64,000 bases of DNA, from assembly GCA_965227275.1 (NCBI GenBank), contig CBDDFU010000001.1:3378764-3442763 (forward strand). The letters run 5' to 3'. Of this stretch, positions 1 to 8,212 are shown piece after piece. The notes under the pieces are model-generated. The model did no database searches, was not told the origin of the DNA, and saw nothing but the letters and a program-made list of their open reading frames with translations. This stretch comes from Pirellulales bacterium. GTDB lineage: Bacteria > Planctomycetota > Planctomycetia > Pirellulales > JAEUIK01. The position numbers and the translations under genes are program-made. Position 1 is the stretch's first letter; every line of letters starts with the position of its first letter.

Positions 1-32
1 GTTGTTGGCCATGGTTCCGTGCGATTCATCGT

Positions 33-845
33 TCAACTGACACAGAGCCCACCATTGATGGGAACGATCTGTCCCGTCATATAGGAAGCGTCGTCGGATA
101 CCAGAAAGCGTGCCACGCGGGCCACATCTTCAGGGCTTCCCCAGCGACCCAGCAGCGACTCGGCTTGGGCCCGTTGTTGCCAATCTTCCGATGCGTCTTC
201 GCCCCAGGCGGTCTTGATCCAACCGGGCGCGAGGCAATTTACGCGCACCTTGGGGGCCAGCGACTTAGCCAGACTTTTGGTAAACGCCATCACCGCCCCT
301 TTCGTGGCGGTGAAGATTTGCCCGCTGTCTCCGGCCATGCCGACCGCGACTTGATCCCACCCCATGTTGATGATCACGCCGCCGCTGTGTTCGGACATTT
401 TCTGTCCAACCTCTCGCGCTAAATGAATGCTCGCCAGCACGTCGACTTGCCACAGTGCTTCCAGTTTCTCGTCGAATGACCAATCGGCATTCTCTCCGGT
501 TAGCACATCGACTCCCGCGTTATTCACCCAGGCATCAACTCGGCCGCGCCATTGCCAAGCCTGATCGATTAGCGTTTCCTGTCCTTCGCGGCTTTTCAGG
601 TCGGACAGCACCAGGTGCGTCTGGCGGCCCAAGTTTTGAATCTTTTGGGCGACCCCACCCAGTTGTTCTCGCGAAGCCCGAGCGTGCAGAACCAGATCGG
701 CGCCCGAAGCGGCGAGTTCGATGGCAATTGCCGCACCAATCCCCGAAGAGGCACCCGTCACGACCGCGACGCGACCGGCAAGCGAAGGTCCGCCCGCGGG
801 ATGGGGTTTCGGAGCGTGGCGTGGGGAACCGGAGGTATTCATCAT
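33..845 (-). CDS. SDR-fold (short-chain dehydrogenase/reductase family) protein, FabG-like but with atypical active-site positions
   Basis: 270-aa ORF. Rossmann motif VVTGASSGIGAAIA, NNAG motif (WVNNAGV), C-terminal PINGG. The positions where Ser and YxxxK are expected read INMGW and FTATK. Confidence 0.8.
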   Translation of the reverse strand: MMNTSGSPRHAPKPHPAGGPSLAGRVAVVTGASSGIGAAIAIELAASGADLVLHARASREQLGGVAQKIQNLGRQTHLVLSDLKSREGQETLIDQAWQWRGRVDAWVNNAGVDVLTGENADWSFDEKLEALWQVDVLASIHLAREVGQKMSEHSGGVIINMGWDQVAVGMAGDSGQIFTATKGAVMAFTKSLAKSLAPKVRVNCLAPGWIKTAWGEDASEDWQQRAQAESLLGRWGSPEDVARVARFLVSDDASYMTGQIVPINGGLCVS

Positions 846-1184
846 TCCTCGTTTGTAGCCCCGGCCGAATGTGCCAGCAACCGCACGGACGGGCTCATCG
901 TTCGCGGGAGTGCAGGAAGTTTAAAAACCTACCCAAAACCCGTCGTTTCGACCACCTTGCGTCCGGTGACGAACGTCTCTAGGTTAATCACACCTCGGGG
1001 CCTTCGGTTGAGGTTAAGATTGGAGATACATGGAGTCATGTGGCCGTCGGGGTGCATGTTTGGCCGCAACGACTTGCACGGTTGACCAGTGCGGTGCACA
1101 TTTCTTGCGAGCCTGGTTTGTCCATGGTCGTCGACACGTATTCCCGGGCACTTAGGTAAGCAGTAACCCCCGTACAAGACACCG

Positions 1185-2333
1185 ATGACATTCAATCTCC
1201 ACGAGCAGATCGGCAACTCGGCATTCGCCTTTCGCGGCTACAACATCAACAACCTGGGGCGAACCGACGAGTTGCTCAACCACCACGCGTACGGCCCCGT
1301 GGTGAAGGAAGTGCTGACCGAGGCTTCAGAACTCGTCTCCGAAGCCATCAAGCGAAAGGTCGATCTAGCTCAGCGGGTGAGAGACAAGGCCGAGTCGTCG
1401 CTCGACACCTTTGCTGAAGATATGGCCCAGGTCATCGCGACCGAGCTTGCCCAGGTTCGCATCTTGGAGCAGTTCTTCGACTTGCCGATGAAGAAGGCCA
1501 AGGTCACCTTTGGGTACAGTCTGGGAGAAGTGGCCGCGCTGATCGCCTCGAATGTCTACTCGATGCGAGATATCCTCACGGCCCCGCTCACGCTGGCAGG
1601 TGAATGTGCCGAGTTGGCCAACGACACCACCATGGGCATCTTGTTCTCGCGCGGACCAGCCCTCGATTTCAACGCGGTGCAACATTTGTGCGTCGACATC
1701 AATTCAGAAGGCAATGGGGTGATCGGCATTTCGACCTATCTCTCGCCCAATACGGTGTTGCTGCTGGGCCAATTCGACACGATCGACCGCTTTCGGAAAC
1801 GAATGAAAGACGTACTGCCCGAGAAAGCGCACCTGCGGAAGAACGATCACTCGTGGCCACCGTTACACACACCGCTGTTGTGGGAGAAGTCGATTCCCAA
1901 TCGGGCCGCGGTGATTCAGCACACCATGGTCGGCGGATTCACAACGCCCGAGCCGCCGATTATCTCCTGCGTTACGGGCAAGATCAGCTACAACGATCAC
2001 AACAGCCGGGAGATCCTTAACCGCTGGATCGACCATCCGCAGAAGTTATGGGACGTGGTCTACGAAACCCTGGCCATTGGGGTCGACGTGGTGATTCATG
2101 TGGGCCCCGAGCCGAATCTGATTCCGGCCACCTTCAAGCGGCTCAGCGACAACGTTACCGCCCAACTCAAAGGGCGCTCGTTGAACAGCGTCGGCCTCAG
2201 GGCCATGTCGGGCATCGCCAGACGGCCCTGGTTGAGCAAATTGCTCTCGTCGCGCGCTGCCCTGCTGAGGGCGCCCTTCGTCCAGCACGTGATCCTGGAA
2301 GATTGGCTCCTGGAACAGACACTGCCCAGCTAA
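1185..2333 (+). CDS. Acyltransferase-fold protein related to malonyl-CoA:ACP transacylase (FabD-like, divergent)
   Basis: 382-aa ORF with ATG start. Nucleophile elbow GYSLGEVAAL and later WPPLHTPLL resemble the GHSLGE and AFHSxLM motifs of FabD-type acyltransferases. The N-terminal GQGSQ motif is absent (AFRGYNINNLG instead). Confidence 0.6.
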   Translation: MTFNLHEQIGNSAFAFRGYNINNLGRTDELLNHHAYGPVVKEVLTEASELVSEAIKRKVDLAQRVRDKAESSLDTFAEDMAQVIATELAQVRILEQFFDLPMKKAKVTFGYSLGEVAALIASNVYSMRDILTAPLTLAGECAELANDTTMGILFSRGPALDFNAVQHLCVDINSEGNGVIGISTYLSPNTVLLLGQFDTIDRFRKRMKDVLPEKAHLRKNDHSWPPLHTPLLWEKSIPNRAAVIQHTMVGGFTTPEPPIISCVTGKISYNDHNSREILNRWIDHPQKLWDVVYETLAIGVDVVIHVGPEPNLIPATFKRLSDNVTAQLKGRSLNSVGLRAMSGIARRPWLSKLLSSRAALLRAPFVQHVILEDWLLEQTLPS

Positions 2334-2358
2334 TCTCGTCGCTGGGGCGCCGGCAGTC

Positions 2359-2709
2359 TTATTCCTTCAACCAGGCCCAGGCCGAGTCGACGTCGTCGAA
2401 GTATTCCACTTTGGCCATGGTGAACGGCTTGCATACCTTGGCCATCCATTCTTCCCACTTCTTTTCGCCAACCAGGGCGATCTTCTCGATGTGGGTACAT
2501 TGCTCGGTGGCGAACTTGATGTCGTCCCACAGGGCGTGCATGTCCCAACCGTGGAAGTCGTGGAATTGAGCCAATAGGCGTACCTTGCCGTGCTGTTTCA
2601 CGGCCTCTTCAACCTCGGGGACAAACTTCTTGTAGTCCTCATCGTGCAGTTTGCCGCTCATGCGGAAGCCGAGGATTTTTTCTGAGCCTGAATCTAGCGT
2701 TTCGATCAT
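2359..2709 (-). CDS. STAS/SpoIIAA-like domain protein (DUF3478-type)
   Basis: 116-aa ORF. The full-length pattern (LGFRMSGKLHDEDYKKF...VRLLAQFHDFHGWD...WDDIKF...IEKIALVGEKKWEEWM) matches the small SpoIIAA-like family as I remember it. Confidence 0.7.
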   Translation of the reverse strand: MIETLDSGSEKILGFRMSGKLHDEDYKKFVPEVEEAVKQHGKVRLLAQFHDFHGWDMHALWDDIKFATEQCTHIEKIALVGEKKWEEWMAKVCKPFTMAKVEYFDDVDSAWAWLKE

Positions 2710-2896
2710 TTCAATATCTCCGTTGTGGCGACTGGAATCGTGTTCCGCCTATCAGAGTCTCCATGCTAATTCTATAAGGCAATCTACCGGCGATCGTCTA
2801 CCTTCGCGAGAAAAGAATAGCCCGATGAACACAGATCGCCCAAGCGGTTGAGCAGTGATGCCGTGGACTGCGCTTGGTCTCTTCTACCCAATTCGC

Positions 2897-3181
2897 CTAG
2901 TCGGTGCGACTGGTGACTTCGATCAGATGCCAACCGAATTGAGTTTGGACGGGATCACTCACTTCGCCGATGGGGGCCGAGAAGACGACGGTATCGAATT
3001 CGGCCACCATTTGGCCGGGACCGAAGGTACCCAAATCGCCACCCGCTTGTTTACCCGAGGGGCACGTGGAGTGTTGCTTTGCCAGGTCGGCAAAGTCGGC
3101 ACCTGCGGCGATCTCGTCCTTGAGCTTCTGACAATCGGACTGCGTGCTAACCAAAATATGACGTGCGGATGCTGATGGCAT
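2897..3181 (-). CDS. ppiC: Parvulin-type peptidyl-prolyl cis-trans isomerase C
   Basis: 94 aa from the internal ATG at 3181. It is collinear with E. coli PpiC: HILV...GADFADLAKQHSTCPSGKQAGGDLGTFGPGQMV..FD..VF......PVQTQFGWHLIEV. The ORF-track start at 3220 adds 13 aa that are probably not translated. Confidence 0.9.
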   Translation of the reverse strand: MPSASARHILVSTQSDCQKLKDEIAAGADFADLAKQHSTCPSGKQAGGDLGTFGPGQMVAEFDTVVFSAPIGEVSDPVQTQFGWHLIEVTSRTD

Positions 3182-3567
3182 GTCCGTGCTTCTCCCAAAA
3201 TGCGGTAAGGAAGTCCCCAACTGCCGCGAGGTTGTCGCGGCACAGAATTGTATGTCCGCTCAGCTTACCGCATAAGCCGATTCGATCAATGATCGCCAGC
3301 CGACACAGAAGGCAATGCTTCCGTGTCATTTGACTAGAAACGCCGTTGACAGGGGCAATACACGACCATGTTTATGGGATTTAATTTGGTCCCGGTTGGC
3401 ACCGCCGGAAAGGGGCTCGCTTTCAGGCGATTTCTTGCAATTTCGCAGTGGTTCGAGGATACTTTTGGTGTCGAGCACCTCCTTGCTCGATGCAAGATAT
3501 CGACTGCCCACCGACAAGATTCCATCTCACCCTGCCTGGAATCGAACCGACCCTCGAGGATTGCCCG

Positions 3568-6222
3568 ATGAGTCGCTGCTTGCCTCGACAAGCTGTGCTT
3601 CAGCACCCGATGTTGGCCCTGTTTGCCTTCGTGTTGATTCTCTCGACTTTGTCACGAGCGTGGGGCGAGTTGCCGGCGCGGCCTGCGCAGCTAACCTTTG
3701 AACGCCACGTGCGCCCCATCCTGAAGGCCCACTGCTTTCACTGTCACGGTGCCGAAGGAGAAACCAACGGCGGGCTGGATCTGCGCCTGAAGCGTTTCAT
3801 GGCCGCCGGCGGCGACTCGGGCCCCGCAATTCTTCCCGGCGATGTGGAGAACAGCTACTTGCACGAGCGCGTGGCTTCCGGCGAAATGCCCCCCAAGGGC
3901 GAACCGCTGACACCGGAGCAGGTCGACGTGATCGCCCGTTGGATCAGGCAAGGAGCGGTCACCGCTCGCCCCGAGCCCGAGACTCTCGGCGGCGGTACGC
4001 GCATCATTCCCGAGGACCGCGAGTACTGGGCGTTTCAACCGGTGCAGCGTCCCGCGATGCCCAGCGTCGAACGAGCCGACCTGGTTCGGACCCCCATTGA
4101 TGCCTTTCTGTTGACCCGGTTGGAAGGGCAGGGGCTCTCCTTCAGTTCCGAGGCCGACCGCATGACCTTGTTGCGGCGGGCGAACTTCGACCTTTTGGGG
4201 CTCCCCCCAACGCCGGAAGAAGTCGCCACGTTTCTTGCTGATGAAGCCCCCGGGGCGTACGAGCGGCTGATCGATCGCCTGTTGGACTCGCCGCATTACG
4301 GAGAGCGATGGGGCCGGCACTGGCTCGATGTGGCCGGCTATGCAGACTCCGAAGGGTACACCGACGCCGACGCTCTGCGACCCCACGCCTATCGCTATCG
4401 CGATTGGGTGATTCGAGCCATCAACGCCGATATGCCATTCGATCGCTTCGTCCGAGAACAGCTTGCCGGCGATGAGGTGATCGGTCCGCCGTACAGCGAA
4501 TTGACCCCTGAAGAAATCGACCTGCTGACCGCCACCGGGTTTCTGCGAATGGCCGCCGACGGAACGGCCACCGGTGGCATCGATCAAGATGTCGCGCGAA
4601 ACCAGGTGATGGCCGACACGATCAAGATCGTGTCCACCTCGCTGCTCGGGATGTCCGTCGGCTGCGCGCAATGCCATGACCACCGCTACGACCCCATCCT
4701 GCAGGCCGACTACTACCGACTGCGGGCCGTGTTCGAACCGGCACTCGATTGGAAGCAGTGGCGCACCCCGCCGCAACGCGGTGTCTCGCTGTACACCGAT
4801 GCAGATCGTCAGAAAGCCGCCCAGGTGGAAGCCGAAGCCTCCGAGATCGTCCAGCAACGGGCCAGCAAGCTCGAACAGCACATTACCGATGCCTTGGAAG
4901 TTGAGCTGACGAAACACCCTGAAGAGCTTCGCGAACCATTGCGAATCGCGTTTCGCACCGCCGGAGGAAATCGCAGCCCCGAGCAAACGAAGTTGCTGGC
5001 TGAATACCCCAGCGTGAACATCACCGCCGGGAACTTGTATCAATACAACCAAAAGGCTGCCGACGAGTTGAAGCAACTCGACCAGCAGATCGCCGCGGTG
5101 CGAAGCCGCAAACCTGTCGAAGAATTCATTCGGGCCCTTACGGAAACGCCCGACCATCGGCCCGAAACCTTCTTATTTCATCGCGGCGATCACCGTCAGC
5201 CGACCGAGCAAATCGCCCCCGGTGGCATGACCATCTGCAGTCGCGACGGAACCGAACCGCTGCAGATTCCGGGGAATGACCCATCGCGGCCCACCAGTGG
5301 GCGCCGCCTGGCGTACGCCCGCTGGCTCACGAATGGCCACCATCCACTAGTCGCTCGCGTGCTGGTGAATCGTGTTTGGATGCACCACTTCGGGCGAGGC
5401 ATTGCCGAGAGTCCTGCCGACTTTGGAAATCTCGGCTCGCCGCCCACCCACCCGGAACTGTTGGACTGGTTGGCCGACGAGTTTGTGTCCCAGGGGTGGT
5501 CGCTGAAGTCGTTGCATCGATTAATGATGAACTCAACGGCCTATCGACAGTCCTCGCAGCGTACCGAAGCGGCCGACGCTGTGGATTACGACAATCAACT
5601 TTACAGCCGCATGAATGTCCGACGACTCGATGCCGAAGCAATTCGGGATTCCATCCTGCAGGTTAGCGGTGTTCTGAACCAGCGGATGTACGGCCCTGCC
5701 AGCCCCATTCAAGCCGACGATGTGGGGCAGATCATCGTCGCGACTGATGGTTCCGCTGCGTCACCCACCGAAAGTAAGGCCTACCGCCGCAGTGTGTATG
5801 TGCAGATTCGTCGTAGCCAACCGCTGGCCGTGTTGCGCACTTTCGATGCACCGGTGATGGAGACCAACTGCGTGCAGCGTACCTCATCCACGGTCGCCAC
5901 GCAGGCCCTGCTGATGATGAATAGCAACTTCCAGTTGCAACAGGCCAAGCTATTCGCCCAACGTTTGCAACGAGAGGCGGGCGCCGACCTGGCGGCCCAA
6001 GTCGAGCAGGCCTGGCAGATCGCTTACCAACGCGAAGCAGAAGCAACCGAACGCGACGACGCGGTGGCCTTCCTAAATCATCAGGCGGCCTACCTGGCAC
6101 AAACCGCGGCGGCCGAGGAGGACCCGGCCAAGAAGCAGTCTCCGGCCGATCAGCAACTGCAAGCGCTGACCAACCTGTGCCAGGTTCTGCTCAGCTCCAA
6201 TGAATTTCTCTACGTGGATTGA
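3568..6222 (+). CDS. Planctomycete cytochrome-c domain (PSCyt) / DUF1549 / DUF1553 protein
   Basis: Signal-peptide-like N-terminus from ATG 3568 (MSRCLPRQAVLQHPMLALFAFVLILSTLSRAWG). CFHCHG heme-c motif, second motif GCAQCHDHRYDP, and C-terminus LLSSNEFLYVD typical of this family. The ORF-track start at 3448 is probably too far upstream. Confidence 0.85.
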   Translation: MSRCLPRQAVLQHPMLALFAFVLILSTLSRAWGELPARPAQLTFERHVRPILKAHCFHCHGAEGETNGGLDLRLKRFMAAGGDSGPAILPGDVENSYLHERVASGEMPPKGEPLTPEQVDVIARWIRQGAVTARPEPETLGGGTRIIPEDREYWAFQPVQRPAMPSVERADLVRTPIDAFLLTRLEGQGLSFSSEADRMTLLRRANFDLLGLPPTPEEVATFLADEAPGAYERLIDRLLDSPHYGERWGRHWLDVAGYADSEGYTDADALRPHAYRYRDWVIRAINADMPFDRFVREQLAGDEVIGPPYSELTPEEIDLLTATGFLRMAADGTATGGIDQDVARNQVMADTIKIVSTSLLGMSVGCAQCHDHRYDPILQADYYRLRAVFEPALDWKQWRTPPQRGVSLYTDADRQKAAQVEAEASEIVQQRASKLEQHITDALEVELTKHPEELREPLRIAFRTAGGNRSPEQTKLLAEYPSVNITAGNLYQYNQKAADELKQLDQQIAAVRSRKPVEEFIRALTETPDHRPETFLFHRGDHRQPTEQIAPGGMTICSRDGTEPLQIPGNDPSRPTSGRRLAYARWLTNGHHPLVARVLVNRVWMHHFGRGIAESPADFGNLGSPPTHPELLDWLADEFVSQGWSLKSLHRLMMNSTAYRQSSQRTEAADAVDYDNQLYSRMNVRRLDAEAIRDSILQVSGVLNQRMYGPASPIQADDVGQIIVATDGSAASPTESKAYRRSVYVQIRRSQPLAVLRTFDAPVMETNCVQRTSSTVATQALLMMNSNFQLQQAKLFAQRLQREAGADLAAQVEQAWQIAYQREAEATERDDAVAFLNHQAAYLAQTAAAEEDPAKKQSPADQQLQALTNLCQVLLSSNEFLYVD

Positions 6223-6226
6223 GACC

Positions 6227-7681
6227 ATGATGCAGCCCATGAATGGCGCCGGAATGCCCAACCGACGAAACTTTCTCGCCCGCAGTGCGATGGGCATCGG
6301 GTCGGTGGCGTTGGCATCGCTGTTGCGTGACGAGAAGTTGCTTGCCGCGCCGCACGTGCCCCGGCAACTGCGGACCTTCGATCTGAAGCCAAAGCCGGCC
6401 GCAGCCGAGCCTCGCGCGCGGGCCATGATCTCGCTGTTCATGCACGGCGGGCCCAGTCACGTCGATCTGTTCGACCCCAAGCCGGAACTCACCAAACGCA
6501 GCGGGACCGATTACCAGGGTGAGATTCGTCACAGTTTTATCAACCGTGCCACCAAACAATTGATGGGCAGCCCTTGGAAGTTTCAGAAGCACGGCCAGTG
6601 CGGGACCGAGCTTTCGGAGTTATTGCCGCACACGGCGGAGATTGTCGACGACATCTGCGTCATTCGGTCGATGCACACCGATATCAACGGTCACGAACCG
6701 TCGATCTGGTTCATGAACACCGGCAAAGCCCAGCCCGGCCGCCCGGCGCTGGGGTCGTGGTTAACGTACGCCCTTGGTTCCGAAAGCCAGGAACTGCCAG
6801 CATACGTGGTGCTGCGAGATCCCGGCGGGCTACCGGTCGACGGGGTAAGAAACTGGTCCAACGGCTGGATGCCCCCGCTGTACCAAGGCACGGTGGTTCG
6901 GGCCCAAGAACCACGGATTTTGAACCTCGACCCGCCCCCGCATTTGAAAGGCGACCTGCAGCAGCAGAACCTGGCGCTACTCGACAAACTGAACCGTCAG
7001 CATTTAGAGCGTCACCCGGGCGAGGCCGATCTGGAAGCCCGTATCGCCAGTTATGAACTGGCGGCCAGGATGCAGGTGGCCGCGAAAGAGGCCCTCGACA
7101 TTTCCGGCGAAAGCGAAGCCACGCAGAAACTGTATGGCCTGGATCAGGACGCCACGCGTGAGTACGGCAAGCGGTGCCTCATCGCGCGGCGGTTGGTCGA
7201 GCGCGGCGTGCGATTCGTGCAGTTGTTCGTGGCCGGGCAAATCTGGGACAACCACAACAATATTCGTAACAGTCTGGCATCTTGTTGCGCCAAAACCGAC
7301 AAGCCTGCCGCTGCATTGGTGAAGGATCTCAAGGCCCGGGGACTATTGGATAGCACCCTGGTGCATTTCGGCGGCGAGATCGGGCGATTGCCCGTGGTCG
7401 AGAACCCCGGCGATATCAGCAAGGCCGGACGCGACCACAACGGCCAGGGCTTTTCGATGTGGCTGTCCGGAGGCGGCATCCGCGGGGGCATGACGTACGG
7501 CGAAACCGATGAAGTGGGGCACCGGGCAGAAGTCGACAAGGTCAGCCCCAACGACTACCAGGCCACGCTCATGCACCTCTTCGGCATGGATCACCAGAAG
7601 GTCATCTACCATCACAACGGCGTCGATCAACTGTTGACCAACAATCAGCAGTGCCGAGTGATCAAAGAAATCCTGGCGTAG
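6227..7681 (+). CDS. DUF1501 domain protein (sulfatase-like fold), Tat-type signal
   Basis: N-terminus MMQPMNGAGMPNRRNFLARSAMGIGSVALASLL, conserved FMHGGPSHVDLFDPKP and GRDHN blocks. Paralogous to 13350-14816. ATG 6227 lies 5 nt after the upstream stop; ATG 6200 is also possible. Confidence 0.85.
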   Translation: MMQPMNGAGMPNRRNFLARSAMGIGSVALASLLRDEKLLAAPHVPRQLRTFDLKPKPAAAEPRARAMISLFMHGGPSHVDLFDPKPELTKRSGTDYQGEIRHSFINRATKQLMGSPWKFQKHGQCGTELSELLPHTAEIVDDICVIRSMHTDINGHEPSIWFMNTGKAQPGRPALGSWLTYALGSESQELPAYVVLRDPGGLPVDGVRNWSNGWMPPLYQGTVVRAQEPRILNLDPPPHLKGDLQQQNLALLDKLNRQHLERHPGEADLEARIASYELAARMQVAAKEALDISGESEATQKLYGLDQDATREYGKRCLIARRLVERGVRFVQLFVAGQIWDNHNNIRNSLASCCAKTDKPAAALVKDLKARGLLDSTLVHFGGEIGRLPVVENPGDISKAGRDHNGQGFSMWLSGGGIRGGMTYGETDEVGHRAEVDKVSPNDYQATLMHLFGMDHQKVIYHHNGVDQLLTNNQQCRVIKEILA

Positions 7682-7725
7682 CTAGCGTCTCACGCACTTC
7701 ACTATGTCGAGTCGCAAGAACTGAC

Positions 7726-7888
7726 AAGATAGCCCAGCCGCATGCCGGCTGGGTCGCCGCAGGCGACACGAAGCCATAAGCAGAAGCATCCATCGCAGCG
7801 AACTCCAGGGCCCGCATCCGATTCTTTCGCCACGGGTTCCCTCGCCGTAGTGTTTCTCACTACCCTGTTTCTCGCCACCGTGTGAATT
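7726..7888. repeat. Structured intergenic repeat, copy A
   Basis: Aligns over its full length with 7911-8076 at about 90% identity by eye. Contains hairpin CCCAGCCG-CATGC-CGGCTGGG followed by hairpin GTCGCC-GCA-GGCGAC. Confidence 0.85.
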
Positions 7889-7910
7889 GTTTAGTCAAGT
7901 TGCAAAGACG

Positions 7911-8076
7911 AAGATGGTAGCCCAGCCGCATGTCGGCTGGGTCGCCGCAGGCGACACGAAGCCTAAAGAAGAAGCATCCATCGCAGCGAACTCCAGGGTC
8001 TGCATCCGATGCTTTCACCACGGGTACCTTCGCCGCAGTGTTTCTCACTAACCTGTTATTCGCCACCGTGCGAATG
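7911..8076. repeat. Structured intergenic repeat, copy B
   Basis: Second tandem copy with the same two hairpins. The only change in hairpin 1 is in the loop (CATGT). Confidence 0.85.
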
Positions 8077-8139
8077 GGTGAACCCCATGCAACTCGTGGC
8101 GTGACGTGCACTTCAGGGCATCTTGTCGACTTCGTCGAT

Positions 8140-8158
8140 CCAGCCGTCATGCGGTTGG
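8140..8158. repeat. Degenerate third copy of repeat hairpin 1
   Basis: CCAGCCG-TCATG-CGGTTGG (7-bp stem with one G-U). It sits where a third repeat unit would begin; the rest of the unit is not recognisable. Confidence 0.45.
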
Positions 8159-8212
8159 GCTTTCGGCCCTGGGTTCGTGACCGGACCAGGAGGAAACGGG
8201 TCGTTCGTTCAA

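Noticed and set aside
3346-3380. Consensus TTGACA upstream of the PSCyt gene, considered as a sigma-70 -35 box.
   Set aside because: No acceptable -10 hexamer at 16-19 nt spacing (TGTTTA/GTTTAT are poor matches). Planctomycete promoter consensus is also not well defined, so not called.
3691-5157. 488-aa ORF on the minus strand inside the PSCyt/DUF1549 gene. Similar long antisense or off-frame ORFs occur at 12268-13068, 21911-22804, 25082-25744, 40227-41099, 45709-46683, 49549-50412, 50490-51296 and 60704-61402.
   Set aside because: Each lies fully within a gene whose product has clear family motifs on the other strand or frame. Their translations are Arg/Gly/Pro/Ala-rich with no motifs, as expected for spurious open frames in GC-rich DNA.
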